Positions 1 to 11,454 of a stretch of 64,000 nt of DNA are shown here, one piece after another. The notes beneath the pieces are model-generated. The model worked only from the letters and a program-made list of their open reading frames with translations, made no database searches and was not told where the DNA came from. A program made the translations under genes and the position numbers. Location of the stretch: assembly GCA_026003835.1 (NCBI GenBank), contig BPHZ01000011.1, positions 3,743 through 67,742 on the forward strand. Reading direction: 5' to 3'. Origin of the DNA: Herpetosiphonaceae bacterium. Its GTDB lineage: Bacteria > Chloroflexota > Chloroflexia > Chloroflexales > Herpetosiphonaceae. How positions within the stretch are numbered: the first letter of the stretch is position 1; every line of letters starts with the position of its first letter.

Positions 1-2768
<2,768 letters not shown>

Positions 2769-2785
2769 AAGCTGGTTACGATTTG

Positions 2786-2814
2786 TTGACGAAGCTTTGG
2801 GCTTATTGTACAAT
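2786..2814 (+). promoter_or_regulatory. sigma-70-type promoter for the V4R gene
   Basis: TTGACG (2786-2791), 17-nt spacer, TACAAT (2809-2814). A GAAGGAG RBS (2876-2882) lies 6 nt before ATG 2889. Confidence 0.55.
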
Positions 2815-2888
2815 GAAGGCGCTGACCGGGACCTGAGCGATAGCAGCTTTCCCACAACTGCGCAGCCTCAGCATAGAAGGAGTCACCC

Positions 2889-3536
2889 ATGTCCGAAGAG
2901 CGCCCAAACTCCACTTCATCTGAGCGCCGCTTCTACCCAAACCGGATTGGGAGACTATATCTCCTCAGTCTCGAAGACGTAATGGGGCGGAACGGAGTGA
3001 ACGCGCTGCTCAATCTGGCTGGTGCAAAGCATCTGGTCAATAGCTATCCACCGAATGATCTCAAGCGTGAGTTTCCCTTCCACGATCTCTCGAAGATCAG
3101 TCAGGCAACTGAGACAATGTACGGGGAGCGGGGAGCGCGCGGTATGGAGATGCGCGCCGGCCGTCACGCCTTCACATTGGGGCTCAAGGAGTTTGGCCCG
3201 CTCCTTGGCATGGCTGACCTCGCCCTGAAGCTGATGCCGATGACGATGAAGATGAAGATCGTCCTCAACGCCACGGCACAAACGTTTGACCGCTTTGGCG
3301 ATCAGCCGACCCGTGTCGAGGAGCGCAAGGGGCAATTTCTCTACATCATTGAGAAGTGCCCCGTCTGCTGGGAGCGCCACGCCGATCGCCCAATCTGCTT
3401 CCTGGCGAGAGGCATTATCGAAGAGGCGCTTACCTGGGTGACCGGTGGCCATAACTTCCGCGTTGAGGAGACAGAGTGTCGCGCCACCGGCGCTCAGACC
3501 TGCACGTTCACTATTGAAAAAGAGCCTATCGACTAG
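2889..3536 (+). CDS. V4R-domain (4-vinyl-reductase-like) small-molecule-binding protein
   Basis: 215-aa ORF with a strong RBS. The C-terminal EKCPVCW...ICFLARG...EETECRATGAQTCTFTI matches the Cys pattern and layout of V4R/XylR-N-like ligand-binding domains. Confidence 0.7.
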   Translation: MSEERPNSTSSERRFYPNRIGRLYLLSLEDVMGRNGVNALLNLAGAKHLVNSYPPNDLKREFPFHDLSKISQATETMYGERGARGMEMRAGRHAFTLGLKEFGPLLGMADLALKLMPMTMKMKIVLNATAQTFDRFGDQPTRVEERKGQFLYIIEKCPVCWERHADRPICFLARGIIEEALTWVTGGHNFRVEETECRATGAQTCTFTIEKEPID

Positions 3537-3783
3537 CAGGCCAGCTGCGTCGCAGGTTGTCGGCTTTGGGTAACGCGCAGGAGCCAGCGTCCGAATGGTA
3601 TGGTTTGGCGAGGACCTCTACTACACGGCCAGGCAGTTGTGACGGCGCCAGGCCTGTAAAGCCACCGGCTTCTCCGCCGGAGCAGGTAGCGCTGAAGGAA
3701 GGGAGAAATCCTGACAGGCTTCTTTACGCGGTTCGCCGCGCTTCTACTGATGCCTGTAGTCATCCGACTGTAATCTGTCCTTC

Positions 3784-3813
3784 TTGTTGAGGTTTTATAA
3801 ACACCGCTATAGT
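3784..3813 (+). promoter_or_regulatory. possible promoter for the hexapeptide-repeat gene
   Basis: TTGTTG (3784-3789), 18-nt spacer, TATAGT (3808-3813), in the AT-richer end of a 352-bp intergenic region. Confidence 0.3.
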
Positions 3814-3888
3814 TTAGGAGTAAAGAGGATCCGCTGTCCGCTGAAGGAGCCCTCAGGCTGTGGCTGATCAGACCAACATGGGTGCCCG

Positions 3889-5223
3889 ATGAAGCGCATT
3901 GTCATCCACGATCAAACGCCTATCCCACCCTTTGGTGAGCCGGCTCGTGAGCTTCGCATCCTCAACAAGCCGCTCCACCTCCATCAGCGTGATCTTTTGG
4001 CACGCTACTGCCAGGGGGGGGGCATCGAGGTCGATAGCCTGGATGAGGTTGCAGGTCTCAAGGAAGAGTTGCTGGTCCTCAAGGACAATCTCTTTTTCAA
4101 CTCGACGCTGATCGATACCTTTATCAGCGAGGCCCGCAAAACTGGCAAGCCCTGTCAGATCGCCTTTGCGCTCGATGATCTTGCGATTACGACCCATGCG
4201 CTCCGGCTGCAGGAAGGCATCCGCCGCCAGGGCGGTGTCTATGTGGCGGATCTCTACTACTTCCCAAACGGAGTTGTTCCCGACCCTCAACCTGTGGTGA
4301 TCGATACCGAGCCACAGGAGATGGGATACTACCATATTCCCAGCTATATGGCGCCCAATCACGGCGACCTCGTCTTCCAGGTTCCCATCCGGGCCTTCCT
4401 GTCGATCGAGCATTGGGTCCATGTCCTGCTCGCCAACTCGCCCTTTGGTGTCTTTGCCTGGGGCCGGCGCTTTGAGAAGGATGTCGCCGAGAGCTGGCGC
4501 GCTAAATTGCGCGTACCCCTGCGGGTGCTGCTGGAGCGGCTCAACCCAATGACGCCTCGCTGGCGCAAGCAGACCTTCCTCTCCTGTGGAGAGCTGGTGA
4601 AGGTCGGCAAGAACTGCTCCATTGATCCGACCGCAATTATTACCGGGCCGACGGTGATCGGCAATAATGTCAACATCGGCGCCGGCGCCGTCATCACCAA
4701 TAGTCTGATCGGCAATGATGTAACGATTATGCAGGGCGCGAACGTTATGCTCAGCGTCGTCAGCAATCGCTGCTACCTGCCGTTCCGCGCCGCGCTATTT
4801 ATGACGGCGCTCATGGATAACTCGATGGTGGCGCAGAATACCTGCCTGCAGCTCTGTGTTGTCGGCCGCAATACCTTTATCGGCGCCGGCAATACCTGCA
4901 CCGACTTTGACTTGCTCGGTAAACCGATCAAAACCATGTACAAGGGCAGGCTCGAAGAGGTGGGCATGCCGGTCATCGGCTCGGCTATCGGCCACAACTG
5001 TAAGATCGGTTCCGGCTTCGTCATCTATCCCGCGCGAATGATCGAGTCCAATACGGTGCTGATCTATGCCGATGATCATGCAGTGATTCCTAAGAATGTT
5101 GCGAGTGGGATCTATACCCGCCCACCGATCTTCTATCCCGACCGAGACCCTCGCGTTGCCATTGCTTCGGCAACTGAGAACGATCAGGTCGAGGGGACGG
5201 TCGCTAAGTATCGGCATCAATGA
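3889..5223 (+). CDS. left-handed beta-helix (hexapeptide-repeat) transferase-like protein with uncharacterised N-terminal domain
   Basis: 444-aa ORF. Residues ~235-400 are imperfect hexapeptide repeats (VIGNNVNIGAGAVITNSLIGNDVTIMQGANV, IGHNCKIGSGFVIYP). The N-terminal ~230 aa has no GxGTR-type nucleotide-binding signature that I can see. Confidence 0.6.
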   Translation: MKRIVIHDQTPIPPFGEPARELRILNKPLHLHQRDLLARYCQGGGIEVDSLDEVAGLKEELLVLKDNLFFNSTLIDTFISEARKTGKPCQIAFALDDLAITTHALRLQEGIRRQGGVYVADLYYFPNGVVPDPQPVVIDTEPQEMGYYHIPSYMAPNHGDLVFQVPIRAFLSIEHWVHVLLANSPFGVFAWGRRFEKDVAESWRAKLRVPLRVLLERLNPMTPRWRKQTFLSCGELVKVGKNCSIDPTAIITGPTVIGNNVNIGAGAVITNSLIGNDVTIMQGANVMLSVVSNRCYLPFRAALFMTALMDNSMVAQNTCLQLCVVGRNTFIGAGNTCTDFDLLGKPIKTMYKGRLEEVGMPVIGSAIGHNCKIGSGFVIYPARMIESNTVLIYADDHAVIPKNVASGIYTRPPIFYPDRDPRVAIASATENDQVEGTVAKYRHQ

Positions 5224-5323
5224 GGTGTCAAACGCGGCCATCCGGCTACAATCCGGGAGCTGCAGGCGCAACCCCTTACTGGAATGTGTTCGTCCTCTAT
5301 GCTGGCCGCCAGGAGGTTTATTC

Positions 5324-6268
5324 GTGAGCAAAGAACGTATCCTCGTTGTTGAAGATCAGCCCGATATTTCGGGCTTGCTCAAAATCTACTTTACATCTCA
5401 GGGCTATGACGTGATGACAGCAAGCCGGGGGCAGCAGGCCCTTGAGATCTGTCGTAAGACGCCGCCCAACCTGGCTCTACTCGATATCAACCTGCCGGAT
5501 ATGCTTGGCTACGATATCGGGCGTGAGCTGCGCGCCAGCCCTCGCACACGCCATATTCCGATTATTTTCCTCACGGCTCTCGGCGAGAAGGCTAATATGA
5601 TGACGGCCTTCCAGGAGATTAATGCCGATGATTATATCGTCAAGCCGTTCGATATCGAGGTGGTCGCTCAAAAGGTGCGTATTCACCTGGACCGCGCACG
5701 CGTGAAGAATCAGGCACACCCTGTCACCAATCTGCCGACCGCAGAGCTTATCGGCGACGAACTGCGCCGCCTCCTCTCCAGCGAGGGGTGGGCGCTGGCG
5801 ATGGCCCATATCAATGGCTTCGACACCTTTACCCAGGTCTACGGTTCGGTCGTCGGCGAGGATGTGCTTAAGTTCACGGCTCTGCTGATCAATGAGGTGC
5901 TCAATGAGCTTGGCAGCCCGCAGGATTTCGTCGGGCAGCTGGTTACCGGGCCGGATTTTGTGCTCATCTCAACGCCCGAACGGGTAAAGGCGATCTGCGA
6001 GCGCGTCGCCGAGCGTTTCGACCAGGAGATCGGTCTGCACTATTCTTACCGCGACCGCAAGAATGGCTATATCACGGTTACTGCCGACGATGGATCGACC
6101 CGCCAGGTGCCTCTGATGAGTCTCTCGATCGGTGTCTTGACCAGCGATGATGGACCGTTCTATGATATTCGTGAGCTCAGCGAGACGGCTGAAAGTGTGC
6201 GCCAGGCCGCCCGCTCTCAGGCTCACGGCGATGGCGCGCGGAGCGCCATCAAGTACGGACGAAGCTAA
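5324..6268 (+). CDS. response regulator: receiver domain + degenerate (probably inactive) GGDEF-like domain
   Basis: GTG 5324 lies 7 nt after AGGAGG (5311-5316), in frame with ORF-track 5096..6268. REC motifs: ILVVEDQPD, LALLDINLPDM, IVKPF. The C-terminal domain follows the GGDEF fold (HPVTNLPTA, HINGFDTFTQVYGSVVGEDVL, MSLSIGV), but the GGDEF motif itself reads TGPDF and the DxD metal site reads HIN. Confidence 0.8.
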   Translation: MSKERILVVEDQPDISGLLKIYFTSQGYDVMTASRGQQALEICRKTPPNLALLDINLPDMLGYDIGRELRASPRTRHIPIIFLTALGEKANMMTAFQEINADDYIVKPFDIEVVAQKVRIHLDRARVKNQAHPVTNLPTAELIGDELRRLLSSEGWALAMAHINGFDTFTQVYGSVVGEDVLKFTALLINEVLNELGSPQDFVGQLVTGPDFVLISTPERVKAICERVAERFDQEIGLHYSYRDRKNGYITVTADDGSTRQVPLMSLSIGVLTSDDGPFYDIRELSETAESVRQAARSQAHGDGARSAIKYGRS

Positions 6269-6277
6269 AACTCAGGG

Positions 6278-9200
6278 TTGCAGAAGGCCGGCCAAACGAC
6301 CATGACAGTTTCTCCGACGCATTCCGCCTGGCAGGCTGTCGCCACACTCGCCGCTCTGACCTATACGCCGATAGGACAGGCCGAGAGCCTGGGTGACCGG
6401 CTGACGGCGATTCTTTCCAGCGAGCTGCCATACCGCCAGGGAGCTATTCTCCTCGGGCAGGGAGCGCCACTCCATGTCGCCGGATCCTGGGGCCTGACGG
6501 ACGCCGATCTTGAGAGCCTGCGCCGTCATCCTCCAGTGCGTTCGGGCAACGGCCTCCCGGCGCCAACCCAGGAGGGCTGGCAGGGCATCGAGCTCCAGGC
6601 CCTGGGAGAAACCATTGGTGTGCTCGCCCTGCGCGGGCTCGACGATACAGCTTTGCCCGAGGATCTGCTCCTGGCGTTGGCAGGCCAGGTCGCGCTCCTC
6701 TGCTTTGCCGGCTATGTGGCGGAGCACGAACCGGAAGCCACCCAGCAGGTCGATCCGGTACAGGTAGCGGCGACGTTGGCAGGTCCGCTCTACGAACTCG
6801 CCGGGCAGACCGATTTCCGTCGCTTCCTTCGTGAGCTTGCGCTCCAGGCCGCCAAACTCCCCGATGTCGTAGGGGCAGCTGTCTATCTTGCCAGTGAAGA
6901 ACGAATGAGCCTGGCGGCCTCCGCCTCTGAAGATAATGCTACCTTTCCAGGCGAACTGCAGCAGAGCGAGACTGAGATCCTGAATAGCCCGGAGTCCGGC
7001 CCGCATCCTGCATATGTGCTCTTGTCCCTGCAGGATGGCAAACAGCGGATCGGCACGCTCCTGCTCTATCACACCGGCTCTACCGCCATCTCCCAGCGTA
7101 CCCGGCAGGCCTATGATCTGTTCGCCGTCCAGGCATCGTTAGCCCTACGCACTGCCAGGACCTTCGAAAATCAGCGCACCCAGGGACGCGATCTGTTTAT
7201 CCTCTATGAGAACAGCCGCATCCTCAATAGCACACTTGATCTTGGCATCATCCTCGACCGGCTCTGCGAGAATGTTGCCTTCGCTCTGGCAAGCGACCAC
7301 TGTATTGTTATGTTGTGGGATCAAGAGCGCGGCGAGATGGAGTATGCCAGCGCCTTCGATGCCATCAATCCACTTCAACTCGGCAGCTTCCCGGTCGGCG
7401 AACGTTTCAAGCCGGCGCCTGACTCCGTCGCCGGTCTGGTGATGCGCACTGGCCGGCCAATTGCTATCGACAATCTTTCTAGTGATCCGCGCATCGGCGA
7501 CGACCGGCAGCGGCTGCTCAGCTTCGGCTTTAAGAGCGTCCTCTGCGCCCCGATGATCCAGCAAGATAACCTGCTTGGTATTCTGCTGGTCAGCTCGAAT
7601 AATCCACGTTCCTATAGCTCTGTAGAGATGACCCTGATCCAGACTCTCGCCGGCCAGGCAGCCATTGCCCTCGGCTATGCACGGGTCATCGAAGAGGAAC
7701 GCCAGCGCTCCACTGAGATGGAGCTGCTGCACACCCTCAGCCGCGAGCTTAGCAGCGGGCTGAGCGTCCAGGAGGCGGCGGAGGCGATTGTACGTGTCCT
7801 CGAGCGCATCAAACCGGGAGCTGACTTCGAGATCTGCGTCTACGATAGCTCGGCGCAGCTGCTGCGGACGGTTGTGCGCAGCGCCAGTGCCGTCGATATC
7901 GGGTCGACCACAGGCGTCTATACACTTGATGAAGGCTTTAGCGGCTGGCTGGCCCGCCATCGTCGACCTCTGCGTATCGACGATATCAGCGGGCAGCGCA
8001 GCGTTCGCCCGGCCAATGCTGAGGCCCTGAAAAAGCGCCGTATCCGCTCCTTCCTCGGCGTTCCGCTGCTCGTCGGCGACGAACTCGTCGGGACGATCGA
8101 GCTAGCCTCGCCCAAGACCAATGCCTTTGGCCCCGATGATGAACTGCTGCTGATGATTATCGCCGGCCAAGCGGCACAGGCGATTCAGAACGCCATTAGC
8201 TTTGAGACGGCCGACGAGGTGCTGCGCAAGCGCATCCGCGAGCTAACAGCGCTCCAACTCATTAGCCGTAAGCTGACCTCTACGCTCTACCTTGACGATA
8301 TTCTTGCGGCAGTGTTGGCTGAGGCTCAAGAAGCAACCGCCGCTCCCGCGGGGATGGTCATTCTACGCGATGAGGTCGCTAAGTTTGCTGAGGATCTAGT
8401 GGGCAGCAAGTTCGCCGGCCCCGCTGAGAGTCGCTCACTGCAAATGGATGAGACCGGTACGCTGCGGCTGGTGGCGGTTGAGGGCTACAGCGATGAAGAG
8501 CAGCGGCTGCTGCTGGCAAGCCTGCGCGACCCCAACGGTCCTTTTAGCCTGGCCATCGCTGAGGGCAAAGCACAGATCGTGGATGACTTATCTGAGGAGA
8601 TAGCGTCGCTGCAGCTCTCGATGCAGTCGCTGCTGCTCGTGCCCGTCATCTACGAGGAGCGGATCGCAGGCATCATCATCCTCGGACGCAACAGTACCAG
8701 AGCCTTCAATCGCGATGCCCTTGAGTTTGTCAGAGCATTGGCCGACCAGGCCGCGCTGGCGATTGGTAATGCGCAGCACTTCGCCGAGCTGGAGCGACAG
8801 CGTGAGCTGCTCCAGCGCCGCGCTAGCTTGCTCAACGAGGTGCTGGAGATCGGCAATGCCTTGCGCGCCGACCGTGAGCTGCCCGACCTGCTCGAGCAGG
8901 TGGCGTTCAGCGTCGCCGATGCCGCCGGCTTCCGCTCGGTCGTCTTTATCCTCACCGATCGCGAGCGGCCAGACCATATGCGCGTTGTCGCCGCCGCTGG
9001 CGTGCCAATTGCAAAGCTCAACCGCATGCGCAGCATACGTATCTCCATCGCTGCGCTGCATCCGTTCCTTGATCAAAGATATCGACTGGGCCGGGCCTTC
9101 TTCATCCCCAAGGAGGAGGCCCCCCAGGATTCAGAGATCGACGAAATCCTTGACTGGCAGGCGCAGACCAGTGACACCATGCCCGGCGGATGGCAGCCGG

Positions 9201-10801
9201 GCGACCGTTTCCTGGTGCCGCTCTACAGCACTGAGCGCGAGATGATCGGCCTGATGGCGATCGACGATCCCTTCGACCGCCGGCGGCCCAACCGCCGTAC
9301 AGCCGAGATCCTGGAGATCTTCGCCAACCAGGCGGCTATCGCTATCGAGAATGCCTGGCTCTTCCGGGATCGTGAGCGGCAGATCCGTGGGCTTGAGGCG
9401 ATCCGGCGCATTGGGCAGGTGACCAGCTCAACGCTGGATATGGATAGCCTGCTGCAAGGCGTGTACGAGGTGCTCACTGACTTCCTGCCCGTCGACAGCT
9501 TTATCCTGCATGTGGTCGACACCGAGCGTAAACTGATCACTCGCAGCCTGATCATCGACCTCGGCGAGGTATTGACCGTCATGCAGGAGAAGCCGGTTCC
9601 CCCGAAGTCGCTGACTGAGTGGCTGCTGACCAATCACCAGCCACTGCTCTTCGGCGATATCAACCAGGAGATCAGCGCCTACCCAGATATCACCCCGAAC
9701 ACGATTGGCAGCGGCGATAATGCCCCTTCCTGGATGGGCGTTCCGTTGCTAGCCCGGGACGATCAGCCCATCGGCGTGATGGCGATCCAGAACTATCGGC
9801 CCCACGCCTTCAGCCAGCGCGATCTTGATTTTATGCTCAGCGTAGCGCATCAGGTTTCGCTGGGCCTGCAGAACGCGCGTCTCTTTGCTGAGACAGAGGG
9901 TCATCTGCGCCAGATTGCCGAAGAGGCGGAACGTCTGACGACGATCAACCGTGTCTCCAGCCTGGCCGCCTCGACCCTGGATTTCCGCGCGCTCTGCCAG
10001 CTTGCGGTCGATGAGATGGCACGCGCAACTGAGGCTGATCAGTCGCGGCTTTTGCAGTTCGATCGCAGCCAGAGTATCGCCATCTGCCGCGCTGAGTACC
10101 ATCACACCGGGATGGTCGATACCCTCACCCTCCCCCTCGATACGAATCCCACCATCGCCTGGCTCGATCGCGAGCAGCGCCCGCTGCGTGTCGAGAACGT
10201 CGCTACCGACCCGGTTGTGGCACCGATCAAAGAAACCTTGCTCGCGTTTGGCATTCGGAGCATGATGATCGTGCCCCTGGTTGTAAAAGGTGAGGTGATC
10301 GGATCGGTGGGGTTGGATCGCCTCAACGAGGATCGTCCCTTCAGCGAGCGGGATGCCGAGGACATGCCAGACCATCGCCCAACCAGATCAGCACGGCGAT
10401 GGAGAATTCGCGCCTGTTCCGCGAGCGTGAAGCGCCGCATCCGCGAGCTGGATGCGATCAATCGTATCAGCCAGGCAGGTGACCTCGACGCTCGACCTGC
10501 AGTCGGTGCTGGAGACGCCTGCACCACGGCCTGGGCGAGATTATCGACGTCAGTACCTCGTTCATCGGCCTCTATGACGCTAAAACCAACATTCTCACCT
10601 ATCCGCTGTGTTTCGACAACGGCAAGCCCATCCACTTTACACCTGCTGAGGTTGGCGAGCACAACATCAACGGCTGGGTCATCCGCAACCGCCAGCCGCT
10701 GCTGGCCGGCACCGCTGAGGAGGCGATCCAGTATCGCGGCGGTGTACTGCCCCTCGATACCCGCATTGGCCGGGAAGATCAGATCGAACAGTCATACCTG
10801 A
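6278..10801 (+). CDS. multi-GAF sensor histidine kinase, N-terminal fragment (authentic frame lost near 10367)
   Basis: 1507-aa ORF-track product with at least seven tandem GAF modules. Each module ends in a linker of the type (G/N)QAAxAIxNAxLF. The last ~430 nt are out-of-frame read-through; the real continuation (TIANQISTAMENSRLFRERE...) is in other frames. Confidence 0.85.
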   Translation: MQKAGQTTMTVSPTHSAWQAVATLAALTYTPIGQAESLGDRLTAILSSELPYRQGAILLGQGAPLHVAGSWGLTDADLESLRRHPPVRSGNGLPAPTQEGWQGIELQALGETIGVLALRGLDDTALPEDLLLALAGQVALLCFAGYVAEHEPEATQQVDPVQVAATLAGPLYELAGQTDFRRFLRELALQAAKLPDVVGAAVYLASEERMSLAASASEDNATFPGELQQSETEILNSPESGPHPAYVLLSLQDGKQRIGTLLLYHTGSTAISQRTRQAYDLFAVQASLALRTARTFENQRTQGRDLFILYENSRILNSTLDLGIILDRLCENVAFALASDHCIVMLWDQERGEMEYASAFDAINPLQLGSFPVGERFKPAPDSVAGLVMRTGRPIAIDNLSSDPRIGDDRQRLLSFGFKSVLCAPMIQQDNLLGILLVSSNNPRSYSSVEMTLIQTLAGQAAIALGYARVIEEERQRSTEMELLHTLSRELSSGLSVQEAAEAIVRVLERIKPGADFEICVYDSSAQLLRTVVRSASAVDIGSTTGVYTLDEGFSGWLARHRRPLRIDDISGQRSVRPANAEALKKRRIRSFLGVPLLVGDELVGTIELASPKTNAFGPDDELLLMIIAGQAAQAIQNAISFETADEVLRKRIRELTALQLISRKLTSTLYLDDILAAVLAEAQEATAAPAGMVILRDEVAKFAEDLVGSKFAGPAESRSLQMDETGTLRLVAVEGYSDEEQRLLLASLRDPNGPFSLAIAEGKAQIVDDLSEEIASLQLSMQSLLLVPVIYEERIAGIIILGRNSTRAFNRDALEFVRALADQAALAIGNAQHFAELERQRELLQRRASLLNEVLEIGNALRADRELPDLLEQVAFSVADAAGFRSVVFILTDRERPDHMRVVAAAGVPIAKLNRMRSIRISIAALHPFLDQRYRLGRAFFIPKEEAPQDSEIDEILDWQAQTSDTMPGGWQPGDRFLVPLYSTEREMIGLMAIDDPFDRRRPNRRTAEILEIFANQAAIAIENAWLFRDRERQIRGLEAIRRIGQVTSSTLDMDSLLQGVYEVLTDFLPVDSFILHVVDTERKLITRSLIIDLGEVLTVMQEKPVPPKSLTEWLLTNHQPLLFGDINQEISAYPDITPNTIGSGDNAPSWMGVPLLARDDQPIGVMAIQNYRPHAFSQRDLDFMLSVAHQVSLGLQNARLFAETEGHLRQIAEEAERLTTINRVSSLAASTLDFRALCQLAVDEMARATEADQSRLLQFDRSQSIAICRAEYHHTGMVDTLTLPLDTNPTIAWLDREQRPLRVENVATDPVVAPIKETLLAFGIRSMMIVPLVVKGEVIGSVGLDRLNEDRPFSERDAEDMPDHRPTRSARRWRIRACSASVKRRIRELDAINRISQAGDLDARPAVGAGDACTTAWARLSTSVPRSSASMTLKPTFSPIRCVSTTASPSTLHLLRLASTTSTAGSSATASRCWPAPLRRRSSIAAVYCPSIPALAGKIRSNSHT

Positions 10802-11454
10802 TTGTGCCGATCATCGCCGGCGACGAGGTGCTGGGCGTCATCAATATCCAGAGCTACGAGCGCTACGCCTACAGCCAGCAGGATCTCAACTTTGTCTCGA
10901 CAGTGGCAGGACAGGCGGCAGCCGCTATCGCCAATGCGCGCCTGTTCCGCGAGCGTGAGCGCCGCATCCGCGAGCTGGACGCGATCAATCGTATTAGCCG
11001 GGCAGTAACCTCGACGCTCGACCTGCAGTCGGTGCTGGAGCGCCTGCACCACGGCCTGGGCGAGATTATCGACGTCAGCACCTCATTCATCGGCCTCTAT
11101 GACGCTCGCACCAACATCTTGAGCTACCCAATCTGCTACGATAGTGGACAGCCAGTCCACTTCGATCCAATCCCATTACGCGGCGGCATTACGCGCTGGG
11201 GCATCATCAACCGCCAGCCGGTTCTCGTTGATAGCGCTGAGGAGGCCGCATCCTACGAGCAGGATGCGCAGATTGCCCGCGTCGGTATCGAGGGTAAAGT
11301 CGAACAGTCCTTCCTGGTCGTACCGATCATCGCTGGCGACGAGGTGCTGGGCGTCATCAATATCCAGAGCTACGAGCGCAACGCCTTCACGCATCACGAT
11401 CTAAACTTCGTCTCAACTGTGGCCGGGCAGGCCGCAGCCGCCATCGCTAATGCC
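10411..11454 (+). repeat. tandem duplication of a whole GAF module (units 10411-10938 and 10939-11454) with near-identical ends and diverged core
   Basis: RLFRERERRIRELDAINRIS..VTSTLDLQSVLERLHHGLGEIIDVSTSFIGLYDA and VPIIAGDEVLGVINIQSYER...DLNFVSTVAGQAAAAIANARLF occur twice. The DNA at these ends is nearly identical, while the ~80 central codons differ at most positions. Confidence 0.9.

Noticed and set aside
3690-3730. SRP-RNA-like string GCUGAAGGAAGGGAG...CCUGACAGGC
   Set aside because: The order and spacing of the elements do not match the conserved 4.5S domain IV (GGUCCGGAAGGAAGCAGC), and no flanking long helix is present.
5096-5323. N-terminal 76-codon extension of the response-regulator ORF
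   Set aside because: It overlaps the 3' end of the upstream gene in another frame. The receiver domain begins right at GTG 5324, which has a perfect AGGAGG RBS.
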